64,000 nucleotides of DNA from Lytechinus pictus (GCF_037042905.1 NC_087245.1:35590001-35654000), one strand, 5' to 3'. Numbered from the stretch's first letter, positions 52,176 to 64,000 are shown. Numbers and translations: made by a program. Notes: generated by a model not told the origin, from the sequence alone.

Positions 52176-52619
52176 TGCATGGTAACTCCTGTTAGGAAGT
52201 CGATGCAATATGAAGACGAGTCATAATCTATTGAATCCTGTCATTCTGCAATTCTGCTGATTTAATTGCATTCCTTTAATTTATCGTTCTGTTTATTGAA
52301 CAATACACTAAATCTTTGTTGACATATATTTTCATTGCTAATATATTATTACGATTATGGTAGTATAGTATTGATTTGTTATATATTGTCTTTGAATAAG
52401 TTATGTCGTGTAATAATTTCTGATGTTAATGCAGAAATCAAATCAATCGCAAACTCTACCACATATAATTGAATAATGTCTTACTATAATGTCTTGCTAT
52501 ACTTCACGAATCATGTCCAAGTGCAATTCAACAAAACTATTTCAATTTATTTGTTCAGAATAATACGACATGTTTTTTTAATAAATAGAATACTAAGTGA
52601 AACTTATCGTTTTGTTAAG

Positions 52620-52856
52620 GATATTGGTGAGTTCGACTGGGACAGCGAAACACAAGAGTTCATCCTGGCCGGATTCTTCTATGGCTATATATTCACTCAG
52701 CTGCCTGGCGGATGGCTCGCAGACAAATTTGGCGGGAAATTTATTTTCGCACTGGGCGTGCTGTGTACGAGTCTCTGTTCTCTGGTCTTCCCCGTCGCTT
52801 CCTACGCAGGACCCGGCGTCGTGTTTACGACGAGAGTAATTTCGGGTCTGGGAGAG
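52620..52856 (+). CDS. SLC17 transporter, exon 3
   Basis: FDWDSETQEFILAGFFYGYIFTQLPGGWLADKFGGK...RVISGLGE. Confidence 0.95.
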
Positions 52857-53518
52857 GTGAGACTATTTTTGACTATTTTTTTCAGATGCCAGAACGAAAG
52901 CGAAACAATATCTACCACATTCCATAACTTTTTCAGATTTGGTTTATAATTATGTAGTCCCTATTTTTTTACGATGTTAGATATTGAAGCTTTAATATGT
53001 TTTTTATTAATCAAGTACCAAATATTTGGAATGAAAGAAAGAAATATCTTATTGTTAATTTTTTGAATTTCTTTTCAATTATCTGTGAGAACAAGTGAAT
53101 CTTTTGTTGGATTCTTTATCATATTTCAGGAAAGTTGCATAGGAATGATTGATCCTATAATGCCACACTCACTAGGCCTATTTCTTTTGTATAATTTTAA
53201 TATACGTAATGTGAAATATAATACAGCCTTTATATATATATAAAAAAATACATTTATGTTGATTAAGACGAATTAAAAAAATGGATGATATCATATTTCA
53301 TTTAAGGAAATACAAAATATATAGTGAGTGACCGACGTCATCGCTTCCCCTATATTATACTGAACACGATGCGTATGAGTGAATATAAGTGAAACTTTTC
53401 AAAGCTATTTTTGTTTCTATTCAATTTTGATGAAATTTGATTTTTATGCGTGTTTTGTTTTTCTATCTTTGTTTAAATGAATAAAAACGATGTGCTATTA
53501 CATTTACAATCACAACAG

Positions 53519-53606
53519 GGATTTACATTTCCAGCCATGTTTTCACTGTTCAGTAATTGGGTGCACCAGGAAGAGAGAGGTAGATTAGCCGTTGTTACCT
53601 TCTCAG
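53519..53606 (+). CDS. SLC17 transporter, exon 4
   Basis: GFTFPAMFSLFSNWVHQEERGRLAVVTFS; CAG/GTGAG boundaries. Confidence 0.9.
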
Positions 53607-53639
53607 GTGAGCTAGTTTCCCTCTATTCCTACTCCTCAT

Positions 53640-53944
53640 AATAAAAATAATAACAATAATAATAATAATAATACTATATGATTTGTATAGCGCACGTATC
53701 CACCTAGCTAGGTGCTCAAGGCGCTCCTATATTACCCCGGCTATATAAGCTAGTCTACCGATTCTGGTGCGCACAGCTTTTTGAGGAATTACTTCCTGCC
53801 GGTACCCATTTACCTTACCTGGGTCGAGTGCAGCACAGTGTGGATAAATTTCTTGCTGAAGGAAAACATGCCATGGCTAGGATTCGAACCCACGACCCTC
53901 TGTTTGAAAGGCGAGAGTCAGAACCACTAGACCACGACACGCCC
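53640..53944 (-). mobile_element. tRNA-derived SINE (variant of the 17706/61673 family)
   Basis: Minus-strand head GGGCGTGTCGTGGTCTAGTGG...GGTTCGAATCC; shared body TTCCTTCAGCAAGAAATTTATCCACA; (TTA)n tail. Confidence 0.85.
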
Positions 53945-53969
53945 ATCATTATCATTAATAATAAATAAT

Positions 53970-54190
53970 AAAAATAATAAGGTTTTACTTACCAAGAGTA
54001 GCCACTTCAGTTAGGAAACTGCTCTACCAGCGGTTCCTGCATAATATAATATGTTAATACCCTGCTCCAATCTACAAGTAATTGCTGAGCGCCTAGCAAG
54101 AAGGCAGAAGGTCCCGCATTTTTTTAAGTCTTTGGATCGAACCGACGACCTCCCGTTCATGAGGCGGACGCTCTACCACTGAGCCACCTT
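53970..54190 (-). mobile_element. tRNA-derived SINE, different family
   Basis: Minus strand GGTGGCTCAGTGGTAGAGCG...GGTTCGATCC (A/B boxes), then CCAAAGACTT...GCGCTCAGCA. Confidence 0.65.
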
Positions 54191-54197
54191 GCGTTAT

Positions 54198-54325
54198 CCA
54201 TCATCATCATCATCATCATTATCACCATCATCACCATCATCACCATCATCACCATCATCATCACCATCACCATCACCATCATCATCATCATCACCATCAT
54301 TATCATCATCATCATCATCACCACC

Positions 54326-54356
<31 letters not shown>

Positions 54357-54571
54357 CCATCATTATCATCATCATCATCATCATCATCATCACTATCATC
54401 ACCATCATCATTATCATCATCATCACAATCACCATCATCATCATCACAATCATCATCATCATCATCACCATCATCACCATCATCACCATCATCATCATCA
54501 TCATCATCATCATAATCATCATCATCATCATCATCATTATCATCATCATAATCATCATCATCATCATCATT

Positions 54572-54602
<31 letters not shown>
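54198..54602. repeat. (CAT)n microsatellite of ~400 bp; degenerate CAT-rich sequence continues to ~55340
   Basis: Read directly. Confidence 0.97.
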
Positions 54603-55803
54603 ACAGAAACAGTGGCAATATCAGCAGCAGGGGCATGGGACGATTTGTGTAAAGGGGGTGGCTGGTTTGGTAATAAAAATGACAAGCAAAAAAAAATCAC
54701 TACAAAACGAAGGTGATTTTAGCTAAATAAAGAAAGAGGGGGGGGGGCTTATGCTCTAATAATGAGAATTTCTAGCATAGCATACCAACCTGATTTCCAG
54801 GGGTCAGGGGTGCTGCTTTTGGGGATGGTCCAGCACCCTAGCAACCATGATTACCAGCAACAGTAGTGGCAGAAGCAGTGGCAACATCAACACCATCATA
54901 ATCATCATCATCATCATCGTCATCATCATCATCATCATAATTATCATCATCATCATCAACAGCAGCAGCATCACCATCATTATCAGTTCTAACAGCAGTG
55001 GTAACATATTCATTAGCAGAATCAGCATCATGGGCCAGGGTCATCAGCGTCATCACCACTCACATTGGTCATCATTATCATTAAAATCATCATCAGTCAT
55101 TGTCATTTTCATTAGCATCATCATCATCGTGGTCATCATCATTCTTTTTATGTCCCTCCTCATTTTTGTAATCATGTCCACGGTCGTCATCAACGTCGTC
55201 ATTGTCATGGTCATCGTTTTCATCATTACATCAACACCACCTTATCGCGATGTTGATCATCTTTATTCTGTATAATTATCATCTCCATCATCCTCATCAA
55301 AATCTTTATTAGCTTTGGCATCACTATCGTCCTCGTCTTTCCATAATTACCCCGATTAATGCCATAATCACACACACACCAATGAAACCTGCTCCAAACC
55401 GATCGATGACATGTCATTGGAACGTAATAGCTTTGATCGGCTTTGATCGGCCCGTTGCAGAAAGAGTTGCAATCAATCGCAACCCTAAAAATCATGCGTA
55501 ACTTGATTTTCAACCAATCAACAGCGCGCATTTGGGACTTGCGATTGACTTTTTTGACTTGCATTTAAACGCAACTCTTTCTGCAACGGACCCCTGATGT
55601 TGGTTTCGTTTATTTATTTATTTATCAACAATATTTCAACAGGATACCCAATCAACATAAAAATTGCTCTCCCTTGGGGTCCTGCTATTAAAAAACAATC
55701 ACAATATGTCTTATTATACACAGTAAAATTAACTACGTTCGTTGGTGTAACTGAACTTACCGCCTTGCCCTTACTACGTTTTGATTCTTGTTTCTCTCCA
55801 TAG

Positions 55804-55899
55804 GTTCGTGTCTTGGTAATATCCTCGGTCAAGCAATCTCCGGAGTGACTGCATCCACAGGTGTCTTGGGAGGATGGCCATTGCCATTCTATATATTCG
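55804..55899 (+). CDS. SLC17 transporter, exon 5
   Basis: GSCLGNILGQAISG...GGWPLPFYIFG; TAG/GTAAC boundaries, phases 1/1. Confidence 0.9.
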
Positions 55900-55938
55900 G
55901 TAACGAGTGTTTTCATTGTCAAAACTAGAGCCGTGTAT

Positions 55939-56030
55939 GGTGCCGTGACCGAGTGGTCTAGGCCAAGGCGCCCGACTACATCATGAAAGTCCGGGGTTCG
56001 ATTCCCGGCACGGCCCATGATCAAGGCATT
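55939..56030 (+). mobile_element. Truncated tRNA-derived SINE head
   Basis: GTGACCGAGTGG A box and GGTTCGATTCCC B box; does not fold as a canonical tRNA. Confidence 0.55.
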
Positions 56031-57166
56031 ATCTATATTACTCTTTTATCTTACATTAAAATAATGAAACTGATGTAAAAAAAATAGATAATATTTTACA
56101 ACTAATAAGATGAGGCTCCACGATGGAAATTGGGGAGGGGGTGGTCTTAAAACAATCCCATGTATGTCATAACTGGGATTGGGCCAAATGTTTTATTTCT
56201 TTACAGCAATATACCCAATAAGACCTTTCATGAAATGTATGTCATTGCTTATAAGTGATTGAATTTTATTTGAATCAAGGAATAAAATGGTAACTTGTTT
56301 GCTTAATTTTTTTCTTTAAGTGAAAACTATTAAAACTATCTTAAAAATATTCCTTGGATTTTGAAAATATAGGTAAGATGGTTCCTTGACCCCCTCTCCA
56401 AAAGAACAGGGACGGCGGAACGGTTTTCAAAGTAGGGGGCTGACCATGCAAAAAATCACAATCATATTATGGTTATTTTTACGTTTTTGTACACGGTTTT
56501 GGAAAAAAGTGGGGGGCTAAAGCCCCCCCCCCCCCCGCTTCCGCGGCCCTTGAAGAACACAATAAAACCAGATTGAAATCATAAATCACAAAGATTTTTG
56601 TCTTCGTATTGTATTATCACAAATTTGAATCTTGAATGATGGCCTAAATTAACTGCACAATCAAAACAAATCAGTCAAAATAACTAGGTAATCGGGTCAG
56701 CTTGGTATAATTGTTATTCTTGACTATTTTCTAGTCTTATTTCACTAGAACAGAGTTGTTTCTGACTAGAATATATGCCAGAAATGTGACTAGACATATC
56801 AGTTCCGACCAACTGACTTCAGTGGAGCGTTTCATCAACATTTTCGTCCGACAAGTTGTCAGATCTGACAGCTTTTCTTGATTTTGATTGGCTGAGATGC
56901 ACTGTTACCATAGTAACTGTCGGATAAAACAGTACTTGTCGGATAAAACTTCTGACAAACCCTTTCATGAAATGCTCCCCTAATCTAGTCGATTTAACTG
57001 ATTTGTCTTTAAAAGTGTGTAATTCAGGTTAAGGACACATTTTATTTTTGAGAGCTACACACTCCTTTTAAACTCTACGATTTTATTTATACGGCATTTT
57101 ATTAAACCAATTGTGGTTATTTAATTCACTTTATACTACTCACTTTCTATATGTATTCTCTTTCAG

Positions 57167-57288
57167 GAAGCATGGGGCTTGTCTGGTTTGTAGCTTGGTT
57201 ATTTCTCGCATACAATACCCCTGCAGAGCACCCGAGGATTTCTCTGGCTGAACGAAAGTATATCGAATCAGGGGTATCAATAAAAAAG
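57167..57288 (+). CDS. SLC17 transporter, exon 6
   Basis: GLVWFVAWLFLAYNTPAEHPRISLAERKYIE (family P..HP.IS..E..YI motif). Confidence 0.93.
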
Positions 57289-57729
57289 GTTTGTCATTAC
57301 ATTTTTCTTTCATTGACTTGATCTAAAGGAGTAGGTCCGTATCAACATAAAATCTATCGAAAATAACGCACGTATGAACAAAGATATGGGAGAAAAGGAG
57401 AGAGAGAGAAAGAGAGACGAAGGGGTAAGGACTATTTTTATTGGGGGGGGTGTAGGCAACTTGTCCTCTGTTTAATTTGTCATGTTGGTATATTATCCCA
57501 ATCCTTCGCAGTCTTATGATATAAATCTACATGTTCATAATTGGAAGTTAAAAATTCATGGACTGGGGGGGGGGGGGATGTTGGGGGACGGGTAAGAAGT
57601 AGACCTGACACATGTTCAATTATTCGTACAAATTTCTCATCCACATAAATAGTGACTGTTTTCTTATTTCAAACGCAGTTCTTTAAGATGGTCTGAATTA
57701 TAGTTCGAAAAAGTGAACTCCAACAACAG

Positions 57730-57761
57730 GGGGCTGTTTCATGAAAATACTTGTCGGACAT

Positions 57762-57792
<31 letters not shown>

Positions 57793-58120
57793 TTCATTTA
57801 TTCATTTGTTTAAGAACAGGGAAGCCCATTGAACAATCCGACAAGTCCAATTTTATCTGACAGTTACCATAGGAACAGTGCCTTTCAGCCAATCAAAATC
57901 GGGGAAAGACGTCAGATCTGACAACTTGTCGGATGAAAATGTTGATTAAACGCAGCTACCAAGGGGAGCGTTTCATCAACATTTTTGTCCGACATGTTGT
58001 CAGATCTGACATCTTTCCTTGATTTTGATTGGCTGATAAGCAATGTTACTATGGTAACTGTCGGATTAAATAAGACTTGTCGGATAAAACGTCTGACAAT
58101 TCCTTTCATGAAACGCTCCC
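57730..58120. mobile_element. Two adjacent, oppositely oriented Harbinger-like MITEs (GGGAGCGTTTCAT family)
   Basis: GGGAGCGTTTCATCAAC...ATGAAACGCTCCC|CAG at 57964-58120, preceded by an inverted copy at 57730-57960. Another copy is at ~56823-56980. Confidence 0.75.
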
Positions 58121-58242
58121 CAGGACTCTATTCGGTGTTTTCTTTCTATCCTTCTAATTAATGATACGTGGTAATAATGGATTTCTCATACATGTGTGAT
58201 AATATGGAACTAATGATTTGTGGATCATACTTCTGCTTGCAG

Positions 58243-58398
58243 ACTGCTAAATTGAGAGTCCCATGGAATAAGATTTTGACATCCATGCCGGTTTGGGCTC
58301 AGGTGGTCGCTCACATGACTGCGTGCTGGGGCTACTTCACACTCCTAACCAATTTACCGATCTACATGAATGATGTACTCAGATATGACTTAACTATG
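58243..58398 (+). CDS. SLC17 transporter, exon 7
   Basis: VPWNKILTSMPVWAQVVAHMTACWGYFTLLTNLPIYMNDVL; CAG/GTAAG boundaries. Confidence 0.95.
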
Positions 58399-58446
58399 GT
58401 AAGCTTCCCTTCCATCGTTATTATATTATATTATATATATATATAT

Positions 58447-58709
58447 TGTAAAGAAATGGATGAAGAGAACAATGGTAGGCGTAGCTTAAATCAAGGTTCC
58501 CCAGAGCTATCTACCCTTTGGAAAAATGGGTGATGCCGAAAAAATGTCTCTGCCGGGAATCGAACCCGGGCCCCCAGCTTTGAACGCCGGTGCCTTAACC
58601 ACTAGACCACAGAGACGGGTTAGTGGCTAGGGCGACCCCGATCCGATTGACCGTCAGATAGACAGATTTTCGACACTATACCAATTATAATTTTCTTCTT
58701 AACTTTACA
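58447..58709. mobile_element. 263-bp TG...CA-bounded element (solo-LTR-like) in a (TA)n tract, carrying a tRNA-like gene
   Basis: 7-bp inverted ends TGTAAAG...CTTTACA with TA runs on both sides. Confidence 0.5.
58545..58616 (-). tRNA. tRNA-like gene, 72 nt, anticodon TCA, tRNA-Glu-like body (possibly pseudo- or repeat-borne tRNA)
   Basis: Stems: acceptor GTCTCTG/CAGAGAC, D GTCT/AGGC, anticodon CCGGC/GCTGG around loop GT-TCA-AA, T CCGGG/CCCGG with loop TTCGATT. Variable loop is 4 nt, discriminator is A, then TTTTTT. Confidence 0.65.
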
Positions 58710-58952
58710 CATTTATATTATATATATATATATATATATATTGGCGTTAAATCCACGTTTTGATGCATCAGACAAAATGCGCTACATTAGCGGAAAAGAT
58801 GGGGTCTTCATTGAATTGTATTTACATGTTGTCAAAGTATAGTTTGATTCTTTTGATAAAAAAGGTTAGACTTATGTATTGCAATGGCATCTATAAATTT
58901 TCTTTATTAGGTTTTGGGAAGTGGATTAAGTGTCATACTCTAAAATAAAGTA

Positions 58953-59163
58953 CACTCTTAAAACAATTCAGTCAAATTGACCAGACCAGTAGTCAGCTGG
59001 GTACAACTGATATGTCTTGTCACATTTCTGACATATATTCTAGTCAGAAATAACTATGTTCTAGCAAAATACGACTAGAAAATAATCAAATGTGACTAAA
59101 ATAACAGTTGCTCCCAGCTGACCCTATTAAATAGTCATTTTTGACTGATTTGTTTTTAGAGTG
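58953..59163. mobile_element. CAC-ended MITE with TA TSD (family of 38201)
   Basis: TA|CACTCTTAAAACAATTCAGTC...GACTGATTTGTTTTTAGAGTG|TA. Confidence 0.85.
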
Positions 59164-59516
59164 TATCTCTGTGAATTTGTGCTTATGATAAAGTCAGTGG
59201 CGGCGCTACAGCAGGGAGGGCGCCTGTTATTATTTTCCAAGAGGCGAGAGAGGGGGAAAATTTGAAGAAAAAAAGGAGGAAAAATAGGGAAAAAGTGAAA
59301 TGGAGAAGGAAGTTGAGCCTCAAAACGAAAAGTAATGTTCGTGTAACTCAATACAAATAGAGAACAAATGGCATGAATGCGAAACAAGATTTCGCATGAG
59401 GTCAGACAAAGATTCACCATATAACAAAGCTATATATACATTTTTTCATTCATATATTGTCATTTATAAAATTCATTTAAGTTCCATTTTTCTTTGTAAT
59501 TTCTTTGCAAATTTAG

Positions 59517-59649
59517 GCTGGTATATTATCCGCTGTACCTTACGCTGTGCAATGGGCATCTATGGTAATAGGGGGGCAACTGTCTGATCATCTCATCAAC
59601 ACTGCATTCATGTCAAGAACAGGCATTAGAAAACTCTTTGTGACAACAG
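59517..59649 (+). CDS. SLC17 transporter, exon 8
   Basis: AGILSAVPYAVQW...GQLSDHLI...IRKLF; TAG/GTAGG boundaries. Confidence 0.92.
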
Positions 59650-59962
59650 GTAGGTTCTTGATAAAGATATGCCTACAATTACACACAACTTTATGAGCGA
59701 CAGGAATTTGCATGATGGGCATAAAAAAAGTAAAGTAGGGCCATACAAATTGAGGTTTTAGTGACCCCTGCCTCCCCACCCCTCCTTTTTGATGAGTGCT
59801 TTGATTGTTTGAGAAATATCATAAATGTAAAAGCATTCAGGGTATAAACCTATCTGTTATTTGTCATTTTTTGTATGAATATCCCTATCTATACGTTTTT
59901 CATCTCGCCATGGCAATGGCTCCTATCTTTCCCATTCTTCTATTTTTTCACATCATAAATTC

Positions 59963-60160
59963 GGAGGCGTGATAGGTCGGTAGAGCGGGGGTTTTGGATC
60001 CGGTGACCCGGGGTTCGATTCCCACTTGGTGCTCTAGTGCCCTAATTGGTAAGGCATTTAATCAATATTACTGTTTCACTCGGAGATAACCTTAAGCCGT
60101 CGGTCCTCTGGTTGCTTGCTTACAAGCATTCGTGCTTTCTTAGCACTCATGTAAAAAATG
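59963..60160 (+). mobile_element. Degenerate tRNA-derived SINE
   Basis: GGTAGAGC and GGTTCGATTCCC boxes followed by a SINE-like body. Confidence 0.55.
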
Positions 60161-60417
60161 CACCACCTTACTACAAAATAAAGAAACATACGACCGATAA
60201 AGGAACACAAGTAGTCATATTGCACAATAGTTTCACAGGGAAAAAGAACTGAACATAAACAATTATCACTTTGATGATGTAAACAAGGGCATAACTTTAA
60301 AAAATGTAAACATTTCTTTGTATAAAACTTTACGTTTTAAAATTTGACTCTGCGATATTTTTTTTTCATTCTTGATATAAATATATATATTTCTCCTAAT
60401 GGTGTTTGATCATTTAG

Positions 60418-60659
60418 GACTTTTCGCGTATGGGGTCACACAGGCTCTAGTTGCTGTTGTAGGTTGCAATGGCGCCCTCTCTGTTACATTCATTTCTCTT
60501 GGACTTGGAGTAGTTGGCGTCGCGTTCTCGGGATACCTCCCGAATACATTAGACCTCGCTCCCGCCTATTCGGGCAGCATCGGAGGCCTGGTGCAGAGTG
60601 CTGGACCGATCTCGGGTATCCTTGGTCCATATCTTGTCGGAGTTTTCACAGAAGACCAG
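60418..60659 (+). CDS. SLC17 transporter, exon 9
   Basis: SGYLPNTLDLAPAYSGSIGG...SGILGPYLVG (family N..D.AP.Y.G motif). Confidence 0.93.
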
Positions 60660-61046
60660 GTAGGAAGTTCCGAACGGAATGCTCTATGGTATCCTCGAAG
60701 AGAAGAAAACTGCGATACGATATAATTTGTTTTTTAGGACCGATCTCTTTTTTAAACTCGAATATTATGATTGCCCATTTAGGCCTGTATTCAAATCTGC
60801 CTTTTGGACTCTTTTGAAAAATGAAATATCCGACATTGATTACGTACAACACGTATAATAATCTGCAAAAACAATCAACTTATTCACAGACCTTATATTT
60901 CATGGTTTTCCAAAACAATGATAATGAATTTTAAACCTGAAAAATCATGAACTTAATGTCTCATGTTTTTAACTGAATCATCTTTAATGAGTATAATAAT
61001 TCCGTTTATCATCAAACTATTATTCTCCTGTTTTTCATTTTGGCAG

Positions 61047-61208
61047 AGAAATTTAGAGGGATGGCAGTATGTATTCTACATTTCTTTTGGAGTTACTACT
61101 TTTGGAGCCATTTTTTACCTCATCTTTGCATCCGGAGAGGAACAAACCTGGGCATCAAAAAACACTCAAACACATGAACATGATGAGAGCGATTATGATA
61201 AAATTTGA
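61047..61208 (+). CDS. SLC17 transporter, exon 10 (stop)
   Basis: GWQYVFYIS...FYLIFASGEEQTWA; ends YDKI then TGA. Confidence 0.93.
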   Translation, partial: RNLEGWQYVFYISFGVTTFGAIFYLIFASGEEQTWASKNTQTHEHDESDYDKI

Positions 61209-61672
61209 ATCCTTCGATAAGGAGAACTTAATAACAGGTCCCTGATCGATCATATCATTCTCAGCTATAAAAATCCATCAATGTCATAGATACGGAGAAG
61301 ATGGTCATGGATTATCGTTTTGAAATATAGAATCGACCCAATCAGTCTCGAATCCATTACCTGAAGAAGCTCACCATGGGTATGTTTCATAAAGAGTATT
61401 GATTGGTCCCTATCCGATCAGTCTCAGCTTTGGATATCCATCAATGTCATATTTGATATAGAGAAGATCATCCCCATGTTCCGTTTTACAAAGAAGACCC
61501 CAGTCAAGACAATCTAAAAGGGAGTTGCATCACTTTCGTATTTCATACGGAGATTTACCAGGGGACCGTTTCATGACAGTTACCATAGTAACAAGTGCCT
61601 CTCAGCATCGGTCTTTTAAAGAGCAATGATCCATCCGACCCAACCAGTCTCAAATCTATCAATGTCATCAAT

Positions 61673-62004
61673 GTGGAGCGTTGTGGCCCAGTGGATGAGT
61701 CTCCGGACTTTGAAACATAGGGTTATGGGTTCAACTCCTAGCCATGGCGTAGTTTCCTTCAGCAAGAAATTTATCTACATTGTGCTGCACTCAACTCAAG
61801 TGAGGTGAATGGGTACCCGGCAGGAATTTAATCCTTGAAATGCTGAGTCCTGGAAAGGTTGCTTGAACTACAGCCAGGGTAATAATATCCAAGTCATTTG
61901 GAAGCGCATATACGTTATTCATAATGTGCTATGCGCTATACAAGAACTGACTAAATATTAATATTATTATTATTATTTTATTATTATTATTATTATTATT
62001 ATTA
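61673..62004 (+). mobile_element. tRNA-derived SINE, near full length
   Basis: Head GTGGAGCGTTGTGGCCCAGTGG, body GAGGTGAATGGGTACC, (ATT)n tail. Same family as 17706-18000. Confidence 0.85.
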
Positions 62005-64000
62005 TATCATTATCAGTTTATTGGTCCCGTCTCTTAAAGAGTAATGATTGATCCGACCCAATCAGTCTCAGCTATGGAAATCCATCAATGTCATCATTTT
62101 ATACCATAGAGTTTGGAAACGAAGAGAAGCTCACTTATTGGCCAAGTTATTGATGTACGTGTGTCTGTTGTTTAGAAAATAACCATTTGAATAGACGTAT
62201 TTGAGATGTTGGTGTTACTGGCTTCCCATTTGCTTTTGATCGATCAGGTCAGTACAAACTGTTTAAGACAGGTTCTTGGCAGCATATACTTGATATAGGG
62301 GATATTTACGGTTGATAGTCGTGAAAGGGGTGATGGGATGGGAAGGTAAATTGGATGGGAAATAAACAATGAGAACGTGTCGAGAGAGCAGACTCATATT
62401 TTGTAAAACAAGGTTTTAAAGGACTGTAAACCAGGTGAGATTTGATGGCTTAAACATGTTAAAGAAAAGTGGGACATTAGATATATTCATGAAATGCTGT
62501 CAATAAATCCTCTCAAAAACAACAAATTTATAAATTATAACAATCATTTTATCATACTGTGATTCATATCCCTTCATTTCTTTTGATATAATTCCACAAA
62601 GTGCGAGTAAGAAGGAGTAATTGGTGTTTGGGATATCTGCAAACCTTTACTATTTTTTTAGATGTTGCAATGCGTCTCAGAAAATTGATAATAACTTTAT
62701 CTATGAATTCAGTCACATATATTCAGAAACATTTCGTAAAGGCTTCTATATGAAAAAAAAATGTATATTATATATAAAAATATGTATTCAACTGCAATGG
62801 TTGTAACGGTCCTATCCAAAATGCAGTTTATGGAGAGCTGGTAGCCGTTTCATAACGCTGTTCGTAAGTTTAAGAGCGACTTTATAAGAACGACTGGTGA
62901 GCCTTTCTTGTGCGCTGAATAATCACCAATGAAGATTAATGGTGAATATCATTACCACTGGAAAGGATCACCAGTCGTTCTTAAAGTCGCTCTAACAGCT
63001 ATTATGAAACGGCTCCCATGTCGCATTGGACGTCCTATATACAGCTCTGAAATTGTTGCGCCTCAGTCACACGGCGAAACAGACTTATCAAAGCTTTGAG
63101 TGTTTCCAATGGCATACCACCGGACGGTTCGCGCTGATATGACTGCAGCATTACATATGGTGATTTTTCGCCAAACAGTATTTAATACATTTCTGTCAAT
63201 TTTATGTTGTTTTCTTATTAAAACCAAAGATTATATATATCACATCTTTCTATGCACATAGACCTTGCCAAATATAGCAATTTTTCTGATCTTGTACGTA
63301 GACCTTGCATTGTCATTGTGTAGGCCTATAACTAATCTTACCAAAGAGGCTCAAAGAATAAAAGGCATGTTGTCTTTAATATCTTTTTTTTCTGTATTTC
63401 TAAACTCATGTAATTGTAGTTTTATACATAGTGTTTTTCTATTATTAGATATTAGGATCAGATTGTCCCAAGTGGGAAATTCATTTTGTGCAATTACAAT
63501 ATGATAAAAAAAATTAACAGTACCCAGGCAGTTAAAAATGAAAGACTAAAACCAAGCAAAGAGTTTGAAAAATTGTTTTTAATTATACATCGTTGGCAAT
63601 AACCTCGACATTGTACGGCCCAATAATTAAAGACTGAGAACGAACAAATAAAAAAACCTTCGACACTTCCAAAAACCCCGTGACACCGTGTATACAAAAT
63701 AAAAATCAAACATGAGAACAATATTCTAAAGATCTTAAGGGATGATAAAGTGCTGAATAATTCTTTATTATTATAATTGACTTGGTTGATAAAAAATGTA
63801 AGTTGTCGCCATCAGAATTGACTTTTCTTTCTGTCTATATGCACAATTCCTGCAAATATCCACAGGAATGCGATTTGCGGTAAACACGATAATTAATATG
63901 TACTTTGTAAATAAGGGCGCGAACGTGACCGAGTATTGCTATAAGCTACTCCTTACATATGATAGGATGAAAGCAAATTAGTGAAAATTAATGACAGAAC

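Noticed and set aside
54157..55275. Poly-Met/Ser/Asp/Ile ORFs
   Set aside because: Translations of a (CAT)n microsatellite inside SLC17 intron 4.
58545..58616. Selenocysteine tRNA or mitochondrial tRNA-Trp insertion
   Set aside because: The 4-nt variable loop and 7/5 stems exclude tRNA-Sec. Canonical nuclear A/B boxes, a T6 terminator and no flanking mitochondrial sequence argue against a NUMT.

Overview
AT-rich, intron- and repeat-rich animal genomic DNA. The repeat landscape suggests an invertebrate deuterostome such as a sea urchin, but that is inference. Two complete multi-exon host genes lie on the + strand, both reconstructed with GT-AG boundaries and consistent phases: a 5-exon, 337-aa short-chain dehydrogenase/reductase of the SDR16C (RDH10/SDR16C5/HSD17B11-like) type at 39798-46612, and a 10-exon, 557-aa SLC17 sialin-like MFS transporter at 49487-61208. 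The standout structure is a 6502-bp element (18985-25486) with Polinton/Maverick hallmarks (AGTAGT...ACTACT ends, perfect 6-bp TSD AGCGAC) that is almost entirely one giant palindrome. Each ~2.7-kb arm has subterminal TGACC/GGTCA repeats, one intact outward-facing C2H2 zinc-finger/acidic gene and an inner 10-bp tandem array. The arms meet at a perfect 22-bp hairpin plus a short spacer, and no integrase, polymerase or capsid gene is present. It looks like an integrated snap-back or hairpin satellite genome of a Polinton-like virus. A second oddity is a fully pairable 72-nt tRNA-like gene with a UCA (opal-reading) anticodon and T6 terminator, inside a TG...CA-bounded element in an SLC17 intron. 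The rest is MITEs (TTAA-, 2-bp- and 3-bp-TSD types), tRNA-derived SINEs, LINE fragments and microsatellites.
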